A stretch of DNA of 64,000 bases from Gaiellales bacterium (GTDB lineage Bacteria; Actinomycetota; Thermoleophilia; Gaiellales; Gaiellaceae). The notes beneath the pieces are model-generated. The model worked only from the letters and a program-made list of their open reading frames with translations, was not told the origin of the DNA and did not search any database. The DNA is taken from positions 113,384 through 177,383 of the forward strand of contig JBBRYG010000005.1 in the NCBI GenBank assembly GCA_038237865.1. Reading direction: 5' to 3'. This document shows positions 1 through 10,080 of this stretch, piece by piece (position 1 is the first letter of the stretch; each line of letters begins with the position of its first letter). The translations under genes were made by a program, and so were the position numbers.

Positions 1-271
1 GAGCAGGCGATCGGCGAGAAGGCCGCGGCGGGGCTGTTCGTGCGACCGGCTGCCTAGCCGGACCGGAAGGCCACGTAGGCGTTTTGCGGTCGCGCCGGAA
101 GCGGAAGAGAGTCACTCTCGACAGCCCATCGGCGCCGACGCGCACCAATCTCCGACAACCGGATCTCCTGCCCGGCGTACCGGGAGGTGAGGTCGCTGAG
201 CGTGACGTCGATGGGACGGCGGCCCTGCCCGGAAGTTAACGACCGCTTGCTTCGCCGCCGATAACAACGGC

Positions 272-2317
272 ATGAGCGCCGTCCCGTCGACGGTCGCGCC
301 GCCTGCGGCTCGCATTTCCGTGCGCGCCCTCGCGTGGCGGCTCGCCCTGCCCTCCCTGTTCCTGGCGTCGTGCGCGTTTCAGATCCTGCAGTCCCGCGGC
401 CACGTCACCCCCAGCGTCTTCGAAGACGAGCTGCTCTATCCGAAGCTCTCACAGAGCATCGCCGCCGGACACTGGATGGAGATCCGCGGCGAGCATTTCT
501 GGTTCCCGTCCATCGTCGCGCCGCTGCTCCAGGCTCCCGCGTGGCTGCTCGACTCGATGACGGCGTCGTACACCTACGCCAAGGCGCTGAACGCGGTCGT
601 GATGTCGGCGGCGGTCGTCCCCGCCTACTGGATCGCGCGGCTCGTGGTCCGGCGCTCGTTCGCCCTGGTCGTGGCGGCCGCGACGGTCGCAAGCCCCGCC
701 ATGGTCTATCACCCGTATCTGATGACCGAGGCGGCGGGGTATCCCGTGTTCCTCCTCGCCGTGTACGTCTTCGTACGCGCCGCCGCCGAGCCCTCGCGGA
801 GGCTCGGTATCGCCGTTCCCGCTGTCTGGCTCCTGGCCGCCGCGACCCGGATGCAGTTCGCCGTCCTCCCGTTGGCGTACGTCGCCGCCGTCGCCGTCTG
901 CGGTCGCTGGCGCAGGCAGGCGCTGCCGTTCGGCCTCTTCCTGGCCCTCGGCGGAACGGTCGTGCTGCTTCCCGGTGCGCTCGGTCAGTACGCGCGAGCC
1001 TCAGAGGGTCACTATGCGCCCGGGGCGGTCGCCCACTGGATGCTGACGAATGGGGCGTTGCTGCCGTATTCGGTCGGGCTTGCAGTGGTGCCGGGCGCCC
1101 TGCTGGGCGTCGGCTACGCGCTGTTCCACCCACGTTTCCGCGCCGAGCGCGCGTTTGCCGCCGTGGCCTTGACGACGACGGTGCTCACGATCGGGGAGGC
1201 TGCCCTCGTCTCGGCAGGCGAAGGCCGGCGTCCGATCGAGCGCTACCTCTTCTACGTGACGCCCCTGGTCTTCACGGGCTTCTTCGCCTATGTCGAACGT
1301 GGGGCTCCCCGCCGCATCGTCCAGCTCGGAATCGCCGGCGCTCTCGGCCTCCTGCTTTCGCAATTCTCCCTCTCCGGGCTGACCGGAACAGCGGCCTTCT
1401 TCTTCGACTCGGTGACCGAGACCGCCTATGCCAACACCGCCTTCCGGATCGGACTGCCGAACGCCTCGCTGCTCTTCGCGCTGCTGCCGCTCGCGCTCGG
1501 CGCCCTGGCCGTGGTTGCCCCGCTTGGGCGTGCCAAGGCCGCCCTTTTCGTCGCCTTTGCCGCGATCGCCGTCGAGCTCGCTGGGGGGAGCGCCGTTGCG
1601 AGCACGGACCAGCTCGTGTCCGGCTTCACGCACCGTACGTACAGCTCGAACCCCCCGAACTGGCTGGACGAGTCGGGGCTTGGTCCAGCTCGCTACGTCG
1701 TGCTGCCACATGCCGACCCGTTCGTCGACGACGACCTCGAGAGCTGGAATCGGAACATCCGAGGGGTCGTGCTCCTGCAGACGGCGCCGCAAGATCGTTT
1801 CGCCAGGTCGGTCGGCCGTGTGCGGAGCGACGGCACGCTGGAGATCGACGATCGTCCTGCAGCGCCGCAGCTTCTCGTCTTCAACACGACGGGCTCGGCG
1901 GTCGGTCTCGAGGGCCGGGTCGTGGCACGGCCGCGCCCGGGGCTCGTCGCCTACCGGATCCCGCGTGGAGCACATGTTCGCTGGCTCGCCAGCGGCCTGT
2001 CACCGGACGGTTGGACGGGGACGCGCCTCCGCTACCGCGTCTGGCCTGCGCGCCCCTCGGCGAGCGGAGCCTACCGCCTCACGCTCTCGCTTCCCGCCGG
2101 CGAGAAGCCCCGGATGGCCGAGCTCGTCGTCGCCGGAGGCGCACCGCGTCACTTCACGATCCGAGGCGGCGACACACTGCGGCTCCGCGTCCCCGTCAGG
2201 GGCGTGCAGCCGCCGCTGCTGCAGCTGTCGATGCAGGCCCCACCGGGGCCATTCGGCGGCCGGACGCTGGGCGTCCGCGTCCCCAGCCTGGGCTACGTCC
2301 CTAGGCCGAAGCCGTAG
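272..2317 (+). CDS. polytopic membrane protein, GT-C-fold glycosyltransferase-like (PMT/ArnT type)
   Basis: 681-aa ATG ORF with many hydrophobic spans. The early loop '[10 protein letters not shown]' resembles the DExxY/H motif of GT39/GT83 enzymes. The C-terminal ~200 aa look soluble. Family call is from motif memory only. Confidence 0.6.
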   Translation: MSAVPSTVAPPAARISVRALAWRLALPSLFLASCAFQILQSRGHVTPSVFEDELLYPKLSQSIAAGHWMEIRGEHFWFPSIVAPLLQAPAWLLDSMTASYTYAKALNAVVMSAAVVPAYWIARLVVRRSFALVVAAATVASPAMVYHPYLMTEAAGYPVFLLAVYVFVRAAAEPSRRLGIAVPAVWLLAAATRMQFAVLPLAYVAAVAVCGRWRRQALPFGLFLALGGTVVLLPGALGQYARASEGHYAPGAVAHWMLTNGALLPYSVGLAVVPGALLGVGYALFHPRFRAERAFAAVALTTTVLTIGEAALVSAGEGRRPIERYLFYVTPLVFTGFFAYVERGAPRRIVQLGIAGALGLLLSQFSLSGLTGTAAFFFDSVTETAYANTAFRIGLPNASLLFALLPLALGALAVVAPLGRAKAALFVAFAAIAVELAGGSAVASTDQLVSGFTHRTYSSNPPNWLDESGLGPARYVVLPHADPFVDDDLESWNRNIRGVVLLQTAPQDRFARSVGRVRSDGTLEIDDRPAAPQLLVFNTTGSAVGLEGRVVARPRPGLVAYRIPRGAHVRWLASGLSPDGWTGTRLRYRVWPARPSASGAYRLTLSLPAGEKPRMAELVVAGGAPRHFTIRGGDTLRLRVPVRGVQPPLLQLSMQAPPGPFGGRTLGVRVPSLGYVPRPKP

Positions 2318-3545
2318 ACACGAGGCCCGACGCCTCGCGAAGCGCATCCGCCTTGTCCGTGCGCTCCCAGGTGAAATCGCGGTCGTCACGTCCGAAATGC
2401 CCGTACGCAGCCGTCTTCGAAAAGATCGGCCTCCGCAGATCGAGGTCCCGGAGGATCGCCGCCGGGCGGAGATCGAAGTGCTCGTTCACGAGCCGCTCGA
2501 TCCGATCGACCGGCACGTTCTCGGTGCCGAACGTCTCCACGAGCACCGACATCGGATGCGCGACTCCGATCGCGTAGGCGACCTGGATCTGACAGCGGTC
2601 GGCGAGCCCTCCCGCAACGACGTTCTTGGCGACGTAGCGAGCCGCGTAGGCCGCCGAGCGATCGACCTTCGTCGGATCTTTCCCGGAGAACGCGCCGCCT
2701 CCGTGGGGAGCCGCCCCCCCGTAGGTGTCGACGATGATCTTCCGGCCGGTCAGACCCGTGTCGCCCATCGGCCCGCCGATCACGAACTTTCCGGTCGGAT
2801 TGACGTAGAAGAAGTCCCGGTCCGACTCGAGCCGCTTCTCGTCGTAGAGGGCGCGCGGCAGAATCGGGTGGATCACGTGCTCGGCGATGTCGGGCTTGAG
2901 CAACGTCTCGACATCGAGCCCGTCGCGGTGCTGCGTGGAGACGAGGACACGCTCGATCTCGACGGGACGCTGCTTCCCATCCTCGTCGAGCTCGTAGCGG
3001 ACCGTCACCTGCGTCTTTCCATCGGGGCGGAGGTACGGGAGGATCTCTGCGCGCCGCACCTCGGCGAGACGTTTCGCAAGCCGGTGCGCGAGCATGATCG
3101 GCAGCGGCATCAACTCCTCCGTCTCGCGGGTCGCGTAGCCGAACATGAGGCCCTGGTCGCCGGCGCCGACGCGATCGAGCGGATCGTCCTCGCCGTGCTG
3201 CGTCTCGAAGGACTCGTCGACGCCCTGGGCGATGTCCGGCGACTGCTCGTCGATCGCGACGATCACACCGCACGTCTCCGCGTCGAAGCCGAACTTCGCG
3301 CGGGTGTAGCCGATCTCCGAGATCCGCTCCCGGACGAGCCGCGGAATGTCGATGTAGCGCTCTGTCGTAATCTCGCCCGCGACGACCACGAGCCCGGTCG
3401 TGATCAGCGTCTCGCAGGCGACCCGGCTGTTCGGGTCCTGCGCGAGCGCCGCGTCGAGGATGACGTCGGAGACCTGGTCGGCGACCTTGTCGGGATGGCC
3501 CTCGGTGACCGACTCCGAGGTGAAGGAGAACGTGCGCGCTGCCAT
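2301..3545 (-). CDS. metK: S-adenosylmethionine synthetase
   Basis: 414 aa. N-terminus '[20 protein letters not shown]', '[12 protein letters not shown]' and '[16 protein letters not shown]' are classic MetK motifs. Confidence 0.97.
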   Translation of the reverse strand: MAARTFSFTSESVTEGHPDKVADQVSDVILDAALAQDPNSRVACETLITTGLVVVAGEITTERYIDIPRLVRERISEIGYTRAKFGFDAETCGVIVAIDEQSPDIAQGVDESFETQHGEDDPLDRVGAGDQGLMFGYATRETEELMPLPIMLAHRLAKRLAEVRRAEILPYLRPDGKTQVTVRYELDEDGKQRPVEIERVLVSTQHRDGLDVETLLKPDIAEHVIHPILPRALYDEKRLESDRDFFYVNPTGKFVIGGPMGDTGLTGRKIIVDTYGGAAPHGGGAFSGKDPTKVDRSAAYAARYVAKNVVAGGLADRCQIQVAYAIGVAHPMSVLVETFGTENVPVDRIERLVNEHFDLRPAAILRDLDLRRPIFSKTAAYGHFGRDDRDFTWERTDKADALREASGLVSTASA

Positions 3546-3570
3546 CAGCGCGACAGGCTACACACCCCGG

Positions 3571-4823
3571 CTACTTGATCCGCAGGAAGAGCGTGATCTG
3601 CAGCTCGTGCGTGTGTGAGACGGCGTACTCCATCGCCGAGCGAAGCGGCTTGATGTTCCGCGCCACCTCCGACGGGAACGAAGATCCGGAGAGCTTCTCG
3701 GCGAGGCCGACGCCGCCCGACACGTCGACGTACAGGAAGCCTTGCGTCTTCGACGGTAGCCCGGACGCATCGACGGCGTCCTGGTAGGTGTCGCTCTTCG
3801 ACAGGGAGCTGCCGCCACTCTTCGCCCCCGCGAGCCCGGCGGGCGCGGTGCTGATGACGAAACGCCCGTCGACGTTCGAATACTGCAGGGCAAACTGGCC
3901 GAAGCGAAGTGTCCGCGCCGGAAGGCCCGCAACGGTGCCGTGGTTCGGGGTGACGCCTAGGTCGGCGCGGTACTGCCGCAACAGGCGGTCGACCGTCGAC
4001 GCGCCGTCCGTTCCCGCCTTGGGCTCGGTCACCAGCGTGATCTCAGGGATCCGGCCGCCGGAGGGCGGACGTAGAGCGCGTCTTCCCCGGCCATCAGGGC
4101 GCCGACCTGCCGGAAGATCCCTCGGAACTGGCGGAAACCGGGCCCGGCGAGCGCCGGACTCTTGTCCGAGCGCGCCGAAGACGCTCCCGGAGCCGTGGAA
4201 CGTGTAATACAGCAGCGCGTCCTGCGGAATCCGGTTCGGCAGCTTCGGCTCGAACCCCTTGGTGATCGCGCCCGCGAAGATCTTGCCGGGCGTGCCGTGA
4301 ACGTTCGTATCGAGCCTGACCCCGTCAGGGGTTGCCTGGAGCTCGGCACGCACCCAGTCGAGCGTGCCGAGCGTGTCGACCAGCTTCTGCGCGTCGGCGC
4401 CACCTGCTTTGCGGATCGCCGCCATCGTCTGCGGCCCGCTCACATAGGCGCGCACGAGTGTGTCGTCGCCCGCCGACCCGACCGCATCCTTGAAGGTCTT
4501 CGTGTCGGCGAGGGTCGTAACCGCGGCGTCGCTCTCCCGCTTGAAACGGTCGATCGTCGCCTGCTTGGTCGAGAGCAGCTCCCAGCCCTTAGCAGCTGCT
4601 CCTTGAGCGAGCGGATCCCTTTCGCCTTGTCCGGGAACCGGCTTGCCAGCTCGTCGACCTGCTTCCACTGAGCAGAGTCCGGATCGGTGTCGATCGCGAT
4701 GAATGCCGGCGCGGTCGCAGGGACCAGATCCCCCGCGCCGGCGCCCGTGGCAGAAGTGCCACCACAGCCGGCGGCGACCGCAGCCAGGAGAAGGGTCAGA
4801 GCCACTGGGACGCGTCGCTGCAC
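3571..4823 (-). pseudogene. DUF3352-like lipoprotein paralogue, disrupted by about three frameshifts
   Basis: The lipobox N-terminus 'VALTLLLAAVAAGCGG...PAFIAIDTDPDSAQWKQVDELASRFPDKAKG' lies in ORF 4440..5078. The body lies in ORF 3571..4668. An internal piece, 'FRQFRGIFRQVGALMAGEDALYVRPP', lies in ORF 4029..4403. The pieces are collinear with the intact paralogue at 4879..6249. Frame changes are near 4595, 4160 and 4068. A GTG start at 4823 is inferred. Confidence 0.6.
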
Positions 4824-4878
4824 GCCCTTGTTCTTTCCCCGTTCGTGCCCGTTCGTACCCGCTCGACGCCGGCCCAAG

Positions 4879-6249
4879 CTACCGAAGGGCCAAGCGGGCT
4901 TCCACCCGGCTGATGCCACCTCGGCGGGCGCCGACCACGACAATGGAGTCGAGACGCCCCAGCCCGTCGATCGTCTGCTGGGAGAGCGGCTTTCCGAGCA
5001 GCGACCCACCGGCCTGGAGCAGCGGGAGGAGCCGCGGCACGTCGGCATAGAGGAGTCCAGTCGTTCGATCGAGCCCACCGGCCGCCTCGACGGCGTCCTT
5101 GAAACGCGACTCGTCGACGAGCTTCGGCCCGCCTCCTCCGAGCGAGGTGGCGGCCGCCGGAGAGTCGGTCAGCACCACTCGATCACGCACGCGCTGGACG
5201 ACGAGAGGCACGACGCCGCCGAGACGCTTCTGGAGACGGGCGGCGAGCGAGCGGAGCGCCTGCTCGGCACGCGCCGGATCCTTGGGGCGCACCTCGAGCG
5301 CGATCACCGGCAGGAGGCCGTTCTGCGAGAGGTAGAGCGCCCCTTCCCCGGAGAGGGCCGAAAGCGCGTCGCCGAGCTTGAAGCCCAGGAGCGGCTTGAG
5401 GGCGGCGTCGAGCTGCGCGGGGAGCTTCCCGTGCTCGCCGAGTCGAAACGAGGCGGCGAAGCTGGCATCGGCGGGAATGTCACCGAAGAGCGTCGGCGCG
5501 TACGCCGCCGGGGCGCCCGCCGCCGACGCCGACAGGCGGAGCGCGATCGAACCGTCTGCCGATGCAAGCCTTGCCGCGAACCAGCGCGGCGTGTCGCTCC
5601 CGAGCAAAGCGCCGAGCCTCGGAACCGCATTCAAAGCGGCCCCGCTCGCGTACACGCGCACGAGTGCATCCCCTGACGTCTCGTCCGTCGCAGCCTTGAA
5701 CGCGCCGTCGTCCGCGAGCGACCGGCCGCTTTCCGCGGCGCGAACCGCGTCGAAGGCCTCCGCCGAATCCGCGACGACCGACCATCCGCCCACGCGCTCG
5801 ACCGTGTAGTGCTCTCCACCCGCGTCGAACTTGGCCGCGAGTGTGCGCAGCTTCGCCTCGTCGTTCGGCCGTGCCAGCGCGATCGCGTCGGGCTTGCCAT
5901 TCTCGACGCCGAGCACCGCGAGGTCGAGCTCAGAGCCGAGCGCCGGCTTGACGTCGCGGTCGAGCTGGAGGCCCCGATCGGCGAGAGTCGTTCGCACCAT
6001 CGTCAGGACTCGCTCGCGCCCGGGTAGTCCCCGGGTCAGCTCGTCGAGCTGCCGCCACTGCGATGAGCTGAAGTCCGTGTCCACCGAGACGAGCGCCAAT
6101 GCCCCGGGTGGGACGAGCTTCGCGACGTCCACGCCGGCCGCGGCCGACGCACGGTCGGAGACGCTGCTGCCGCAGCCCGACGCGACGAGCGTCAGGGCGG
6201 CGAAAAGGAGGGCAGCGGCGGCGCGCACACGGGCCATGGTAGCCCTCAT
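4879..6249 (-). CDS. DUF3352-like lipoprotein
   Basis: Signal peptide plus lipobox 'AALLFAALTLVASGCGS'. 'ALVSVDTDFSSSQWRQLDELTRGLP' resembles the DUF3352 N-terminal region (from memory). The ATG at 6249 overlaps the gpsA stop as ATGA; an alternative ATG is at 6237. The track ORF extends to 6495 through an Arg-rich, non-coding-looking stretch. Confidence 0.7.
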   Translation of the reverse strand: MRATMARVRAAAALLFAALTLVASGCGSSVSDRASAAAGVDVAKLVPPGALALVSVDTDFSSSQWRQLDELTRGLPGRERVLTMVRTTLADRGLQLDRDVKPALGSELDLAVLGVENGKPDAIALARPNDEAKLRTLAAKFDAGGEHYTVERVGGWSVVADSAEAFDAVRAAESGRSLADDGAFKAATDETSGDALVRVYASGAALNAVPRLGALLGSDTPRWFAARLASADGSIALRLSASAAGAPAAYAPTLFGDIPADASFAASFRLGEHGKLPAQLDAALKPLLGFKLGDALSALSGEGALYLSQNGLLPVIALEVRPKDPARAEQALRSLAARLQKRLGGVVPLVVQRVRDRVVLTDSPAAATSLGGGGPKLVDESRFKDAVEAAGGLDRTTGLLYADVPRLLPLLQAGGSLLGKPLSQQTIDGLGRLDSIVVVGARRGGISRVEARLALR

Positions 6250-7205
6250 TCGTCGGTCGGCTGCCGGCCCATCAGTGCTGCGAGGAGAACCTGCAGCTCC
6301 TGGCCCTCGAGCACGCTGCACACGCCCTCGGTGATCGGGAGCTCGACGCCCAGGCGCCGTGAGAGGTCGCGGAGCACGGGAGCGGTCGTGAGGCCTTCCA
6401 CCACCTGGCCGATCTCCGACACCGCCTCGTCGGCTCCGGCGCCCCGGGCGATCAGCTCTCCGGCCCTCCGGTTGCGCCCGTAGCCGGAGTAGCACGTCAC
6501 GATCAGGTCGCCCATGCCGGCCAGGCCCGCGAACGTCTCCGGCTCTGCCCCCGCCGCCTCGCCCAGGCGCGACATCTCCACGAGGCCGCGCGTGATCAGG
6601 CTCGCCTTGGCGTTGTCGCCGAGGCCGAGACCGTCCACCCCGCCTGCGGCGAGCGCGATCACGTTCTTCGCCGCTGCGCAGAGCTCGACCCCGACGAGGT
6701 CGTCGTTCACGTACACGCGGAAGACCGTCGAGTTGATCGCCTCCTGGAGGCGGTCGGCGAGGTCGCGATCGTCGCTCGCGATCACCGTCGCGCTCGGGAG
6801 CCCCGCCGCGATCTCCTCGGCCATGTTCGGCCCGGAGAGAACCGCGACAGGCCGGTCGCCGACCCTGGTGGAGAGCCGCTCGCCGGTCGCGGGATCGAGC
6901 CCCTTCGTCAGGATGAGGACGGGAGCCGAGCCCGGCAGCTCCGCGGCGACCGCTGCGAACGAGCGACTCGGCACCGCGAGGACGACGAGCTCCGCGTCCG
7001 CAACCGGCGCGTCCGCGAGTGACACGGCTTCGATGCCGCGCAGGCTCACGTCCCTGAGGTAACGGGGATTGCGCCCGGTCTCCCCGATCAAGCGAGCCTG
7101 TTCTGCGTCACGGCAGGCGAGCACGACGTCGTGGCCACGATCCCGCAGCAGGCACGCGAAGCCGCTTCCCCAGGATCCACCGCCGACGACAACGACGTTC
7201 ATCAC
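6246..7205 (-). CDS. gpsA: NAD(P)H-dependent glycerol-3-phosphate dehydrogenase
   Basis: 319 aa. Rossmann N-terminus 'VVVVGGGSWGSGFA', plus 'NPRYL', 'LSGPNMAEEI' and 'AAAKNVIALAAG'. Confidence 0.95.
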   Translation of the reverse strand: MMNVVVVGGGSWGSGFACLLRDRGHDVVLACRDAEQARLIGETGRNPRYLRDVSLRGIEAVSLADAPVADAELVVLAVPSRSFAAVAAELPGSAPVLILTKGLDPATGERLSTRVGDRPVAVLSGPNMAEEIAAGLPSATVIASDDRDLADRLQEAINSTVFRVYVNDDLVGVELCAAAKNVIALAAGGVDGLGLGDNAKASLITRGLVEMSRLGEAAGAEPETFAGLAGMGDLIVTCYSGYGRNRRAGELIARGAGADEAVSEIGQVVEGLTTAPVLRDLSRRLGVELPITEGVCSVLEGQELQVLLAALMGRQPTDE

Positions 7206-7373
7206 AGCTCCTCCGGCTCGCCCAAGAGAGACACGACAGCTCGGAGGCTAGAACAGGCGAGCCGATCTAGTCGTAGACCACCCCGTGCACGAGTAACCAC
7301 GGCTCGGCGGAAGCCCAAGAAGTGCGTGGGCTCCGTCTGCGCACGTCTCCCCGCGAAGCGGGCGTACCGAACC

Positions 7374-7400
7374 CCGATCAAAAGCGCAGCTTTTGATCGG
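7374..7400 (-). terminator. 12-bp perfect hairpin immediately downstream of der
   Basis: CCGATCAAAAGC-gca-GCTTTTGATCGG, starting 5 nt after the der stop codon. There is no clear U-tract, so it may be a stabiliser or terminator. Confidence 0.35.
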
Positions 7401-7404
7401 CTGC

Positions 7405-8721
7405 TTAGCGTCGCACGAAGTCGATGGAAACCGGAACACCTTGGAGCTCGTAGCGCTCTCTTAGCTGGTTCTCGACCCAATAGCCGTAATCGCGCGTGAC
7501 CAATCCCGGGTCGTTCACGGAAAAGCGAAAACGCGGCGGGCGCGCCGTCACCTGTGTGCCGTAGAGGAGGTTCAGGCGCTTGCCGTTCTTCGACGGCGGC
7601 TGGCGGGCCTCGCGGAGGTGCTTCAGGAACCGGTTCAGCTCCGCGGTCGCGATCCGGGATGCGTGCTTGTCGTAGAGGCGCTCGATCGCGTCAAGCGTCC
7701 GCTCGATCCCGCGCCCGGACTTCGCGGAGATCGCGACCCAGGGCGGCCGCTGGCGCAGGCGACGCTCGAGCTCGGGGCGCACGTCCTCGACGTCCACGGT
7801 CGTGAGATCCCACTTCGACAGGATCACGAGCGTGGAGCACTGCGCCTTCCGTGCCACGTCGGCAACGGCGATGTCCTGCTCCACGATCCCCTCGGAAGTG
7901 TCGATCAGGACGAGCGCGACGTCGGCACGGTCGGCGGCATCCAGCGCCCGCAGCTCCGAGTAGTACTCGATCCCCTGCCGGTGTCGCCGTTTCCGCCGCA
8001 GGCCCGCGGTGTCGACGAAGACGAACGTTCGCTCACCCCGGTGGAACACCGTGTCGATCGCGTCACGCGTTGTGCCGGGCACCTCGGAGACGATCACGCG
8101 CTCCCGCCCGAGGATGGCGTTCAGCAGCGACGACTTGCCCACATTGGGGCGCCCCAGGATCGCGACACGGATGGCTTCTCCCCCCGGCTCGGGAGGCGCG
8201 GCCCCTGGCAGCTGCGCGACGATCTCGTCGAGGAGATCGCCTGTGCCGGTGCCGTGAAGCGCCGACAGCGGCGTCGGGTCGCCGAGGCCGAGCCGGTGAA
8301 ACTCGAGTGCCAGCTGATCCTGTGCCGGGTCGTCGATCTTGTTGGCCAGGAGCAGCACGGGCTTGTGAGCGCGGCGAAGGATGTCGGCGACCTCCTCGTC
8401 GCCGGGGGTGACCCCGGCACGGGCGTCCGTGACGAAGAGGATCAGGTCGGCCTCCGCGACGGCCTCGCGAGCCTGCTCGGCGATCGAGCGGGTGATCGGC
8501 GAGAGATCGGCCACGTCCACGCCGCCGGTGTCGATCAGCAGGAAGCGGTTGCCGGCCCACTCGCACACGAGCTCCTTGCGATCGCGGGTGACGCCCGGGG
8601 TCTCGTGGACGACCGCCGCCCGGGAGCCGGTCAGGCGGTTCACCAGCGTCGACTTGCCGACATTCGGAAAGCCGACGATCGCGACGGTGCCGATCAGCGG
8701 AGAGGGCGCTCCTTCGATCAC
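7405..8721 (-). CDS. der: ribosome-associated GTPase Der (EngA)
   Basis: 438 aa with two tandem GTPase domains, G1 motifs 'GFPNVGKST' and 'GRPNVGKSS', each with DTGG/DTAG, plus a KH-like C-terminus. Confidence 0.95.
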   Translation of the reverse strand: MIEGAPSPLIGTVAIVGFPNVGKSTLVNRLTGSRAAVVHETPGVTRDRKELVCEWAGNRFLLIDTGGVDVADLSPITRSIAEQAREAVAEADLILFVTDARAGVTPGDEEVADILRRAHKPVLLLANKIDDPAQDQLALEFHRLGLGDPTPLSALHGTGTGDLLDEIVAQLPGAAPPEPGGEAIRVAILGRPNVGKSSLLNAILGRERVIVSEVPGTTRDAIDTVFHRGERTFVFVDTAGLRRKRRHRQGIEYYSELRALDAADRADVALVLIDTSEGIVEQDIAVADVARKAQCSTLVILSKWDLTTVDVEDVRPELERRLRQRPPWVAISAKSGRGIERTLDAIERLYDKHASRIATAELNRFLKHLREARQPPSKNGKRLNLLYGTQVTARPPRFRFSVNDPGLVTRDYGYWVENQLRERYELQGVPVSIDFVRR

Positions 8722-9365
8722 GGGGGCGGAATCGCGACGCGGGGCCGGCCGAGCTCATGTGTCTGGACGAGGAAGTCGTAGAGGCGCCGGAGCTCCCGCT
8801 CGATCTCGAGCGAGGCCGCGCGGTACCCCTGCGAGTTCCGGGCGAACCGATCGAGGAGGAACGGCTCCCCGTACGCGACCGAGACGGGCTTGAAGTTGCC
8901 GAACTGCCATTCCTGTGTGCCGTGGATCGCAGCGCAGATGACCGGCACGCGCTCCTGGATCGCGATCATTGCGGCACCAGGCTTGGCCGGGCCTGGCTCA
9001 CGCGCCTGCCGGGTCCCCTCGACGAACATGCCAAGGGCGGCGCCGTCCCGGACCACCTGCTTCATCAGCCGGATCGCCTCCCGGTCGGACGCGCCACGCT
9101 TCACCGGCAGCGTCCCGAAGATGCGGATGAAGTGGCCCATCACCGGTGTCGACCAGGCCTCCTGCTTGGTCACGTAGTAGAGCGTGCGCCCCGCGACGGA
9201 GCCGAGCACCCAGGGATCGAGCCAGGAGAAGTGGTTGAAGCAGAAGACGACCGGTCCGTTGCGAGGAATGCGCTCGGTGCCGTACACGCGCAATGGTGCG
9301 AAGACCTTCACCAGCCCGCGGAAGAACGGCCGGCCGAAGAACCAGGCGACCTGCGTGCGGTTCAC
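8718..9365 (-). CDS. plsC: 1-acyl-sn-glycerol-3-phosphate (lysophospholipid) acyltransferase
   Basis: H(X4)D motif 'NHFSWLD' and 'FVEGTR'. It has 4-nt overlaps with der and cmk. Confidence 0.85.
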   Translation of the reverse strand: MNRTQVAWFFGRPFFRGLVKVFAPLRVYGTERIPRNGPVVFCFNHFSWLDPWVLGSVAGRTLYYVTKQEAWSTPVMGHFIRIFGTLPVKRGASDREAIRLMKQVVRDGAALGMFVEGTRQAREPGPAKPGAAMIAIQERVPVICAAIHGTQEWQFGNFKPVSVAYGEPFLLDRFARNSQGYRAASLEIERELRRLYDFLVQTHELGRPRVAIPPP

Positions 9366-10003
9366 CGCTGGGACGGGGCTGTGCGTTCCTGGACGAGACG
9401 CTCGATCCGATCCACGACGTCGTCCACGTGCAGCTCAGTCGTGTCGATCTCGATCGCGTCCTGCGCGGGCCGCATCCGCGCCGCGTCGCTCTGGTCGCGG
9501 ATCCGCAGATCTGTCGCGAGCGCGTCCGCGCCGATATCCGGCCGCTCGGACTGCCGCCGGCGAGCGCGAATCGCCTGGTCGGCGTTGAGGTAGATCTTCA
9601 CGGCGGCAGCCGGCGCGACGACGGTGCCGATGTCCCGCCCTTCGATCACGACGTCACCGTCCTCGCCCAGCTCCCGCTGGCGGTCGCGCATGACCGCCCG
9701 CACAGCCGGATGTCGTGCGACCACCGGGACCTGGCGATCGATCCGCGACTGCCGGATCGAGGCGGTCACGTCCGTGCCGGCGATCGAGACCCGTCCGTGC
9801 TCGTCGAACGTGACGGGGTTCGCGGCCGCGAGCTCGCCGAGGGGCTCGTTGTCTCCCAGCGGTAGGCCACGTTGGAGCGCGAGCCACGTCAGCGCCCGGT
9901 ACATAGCCCCGGTATCGAGGTAGCGGAAGCCCAGCCGCTCGGCGAGGCGCCGGGCAACCGTGCTCTTCCCTGCCCCGGCGGGGCCGTCGATGGCAACGAT
10001 CAT
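9362..10003 (-). CDS. cmk: cytidylate kinase
   Basis: 'IVAIDGPAGAGKSTVARRLA...YLDTGAMYRA' is a typical Cmk N-terminus. Confidence 0.95.
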   Translation of the reverse strand: MIVAIDGPAGAGKSTVARRLAERLGFRYLDTGAMYRALTWLALQRGLPLGDNEPLGELAAANPVTFDEHGRVSIAGTDVTASIRQSRIDRQVPVVARHPAVRAVMRDRQRELGEDGDVVIEGRDIGTVVAPAAAVKIYLNADQAIRARRRQSERPDIGADALATDLRIRDQSDAARMRPAQDAIEIDTTELHVDDVVDRIERLVQERTAPSQR

Positions 10004-10080
10004 GCGCTTTCGCTTCGCGAAAGCGCTAGCTCGGTTGTTCCATGTGGCATCGCAGATATACAGCTAGTCGAAGCTGGCGC

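Noticed and set aside
1-57. A possible 3' end of a plus-strand CDS at the window start, '...EQAIGEKAAAGLFVRPAA*'.
   Set aside because: There are only 18 codons, which is too short to support.
334-2304. A 656-aa ORF in an alternative frame of the 272..2317 membrane protein gene. The same applies to the minus-strand ORFs at 405..1133 and 1001..1975.
   Set aside because: Their composition is extremely Arg/Pro/Ala-rich, which is typical of out-of-frame reading in high-GC DNA. The frame starting at 272 gives coherent TM helices.
3546-3570. I looked for a SAM riboswitch upstream of metK.
   Set aside because: Only 25 nt separate the metK start from the preceding gene's stop, so there is no room for a riboswitch.
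1428-3578. A 716-aa plus-strand ORF spanning the GT-like gene and antisense to metK.
   Set aside because: It is antisense to an unmistakable metK and has Arg/Ser-rich low-complexity composition.
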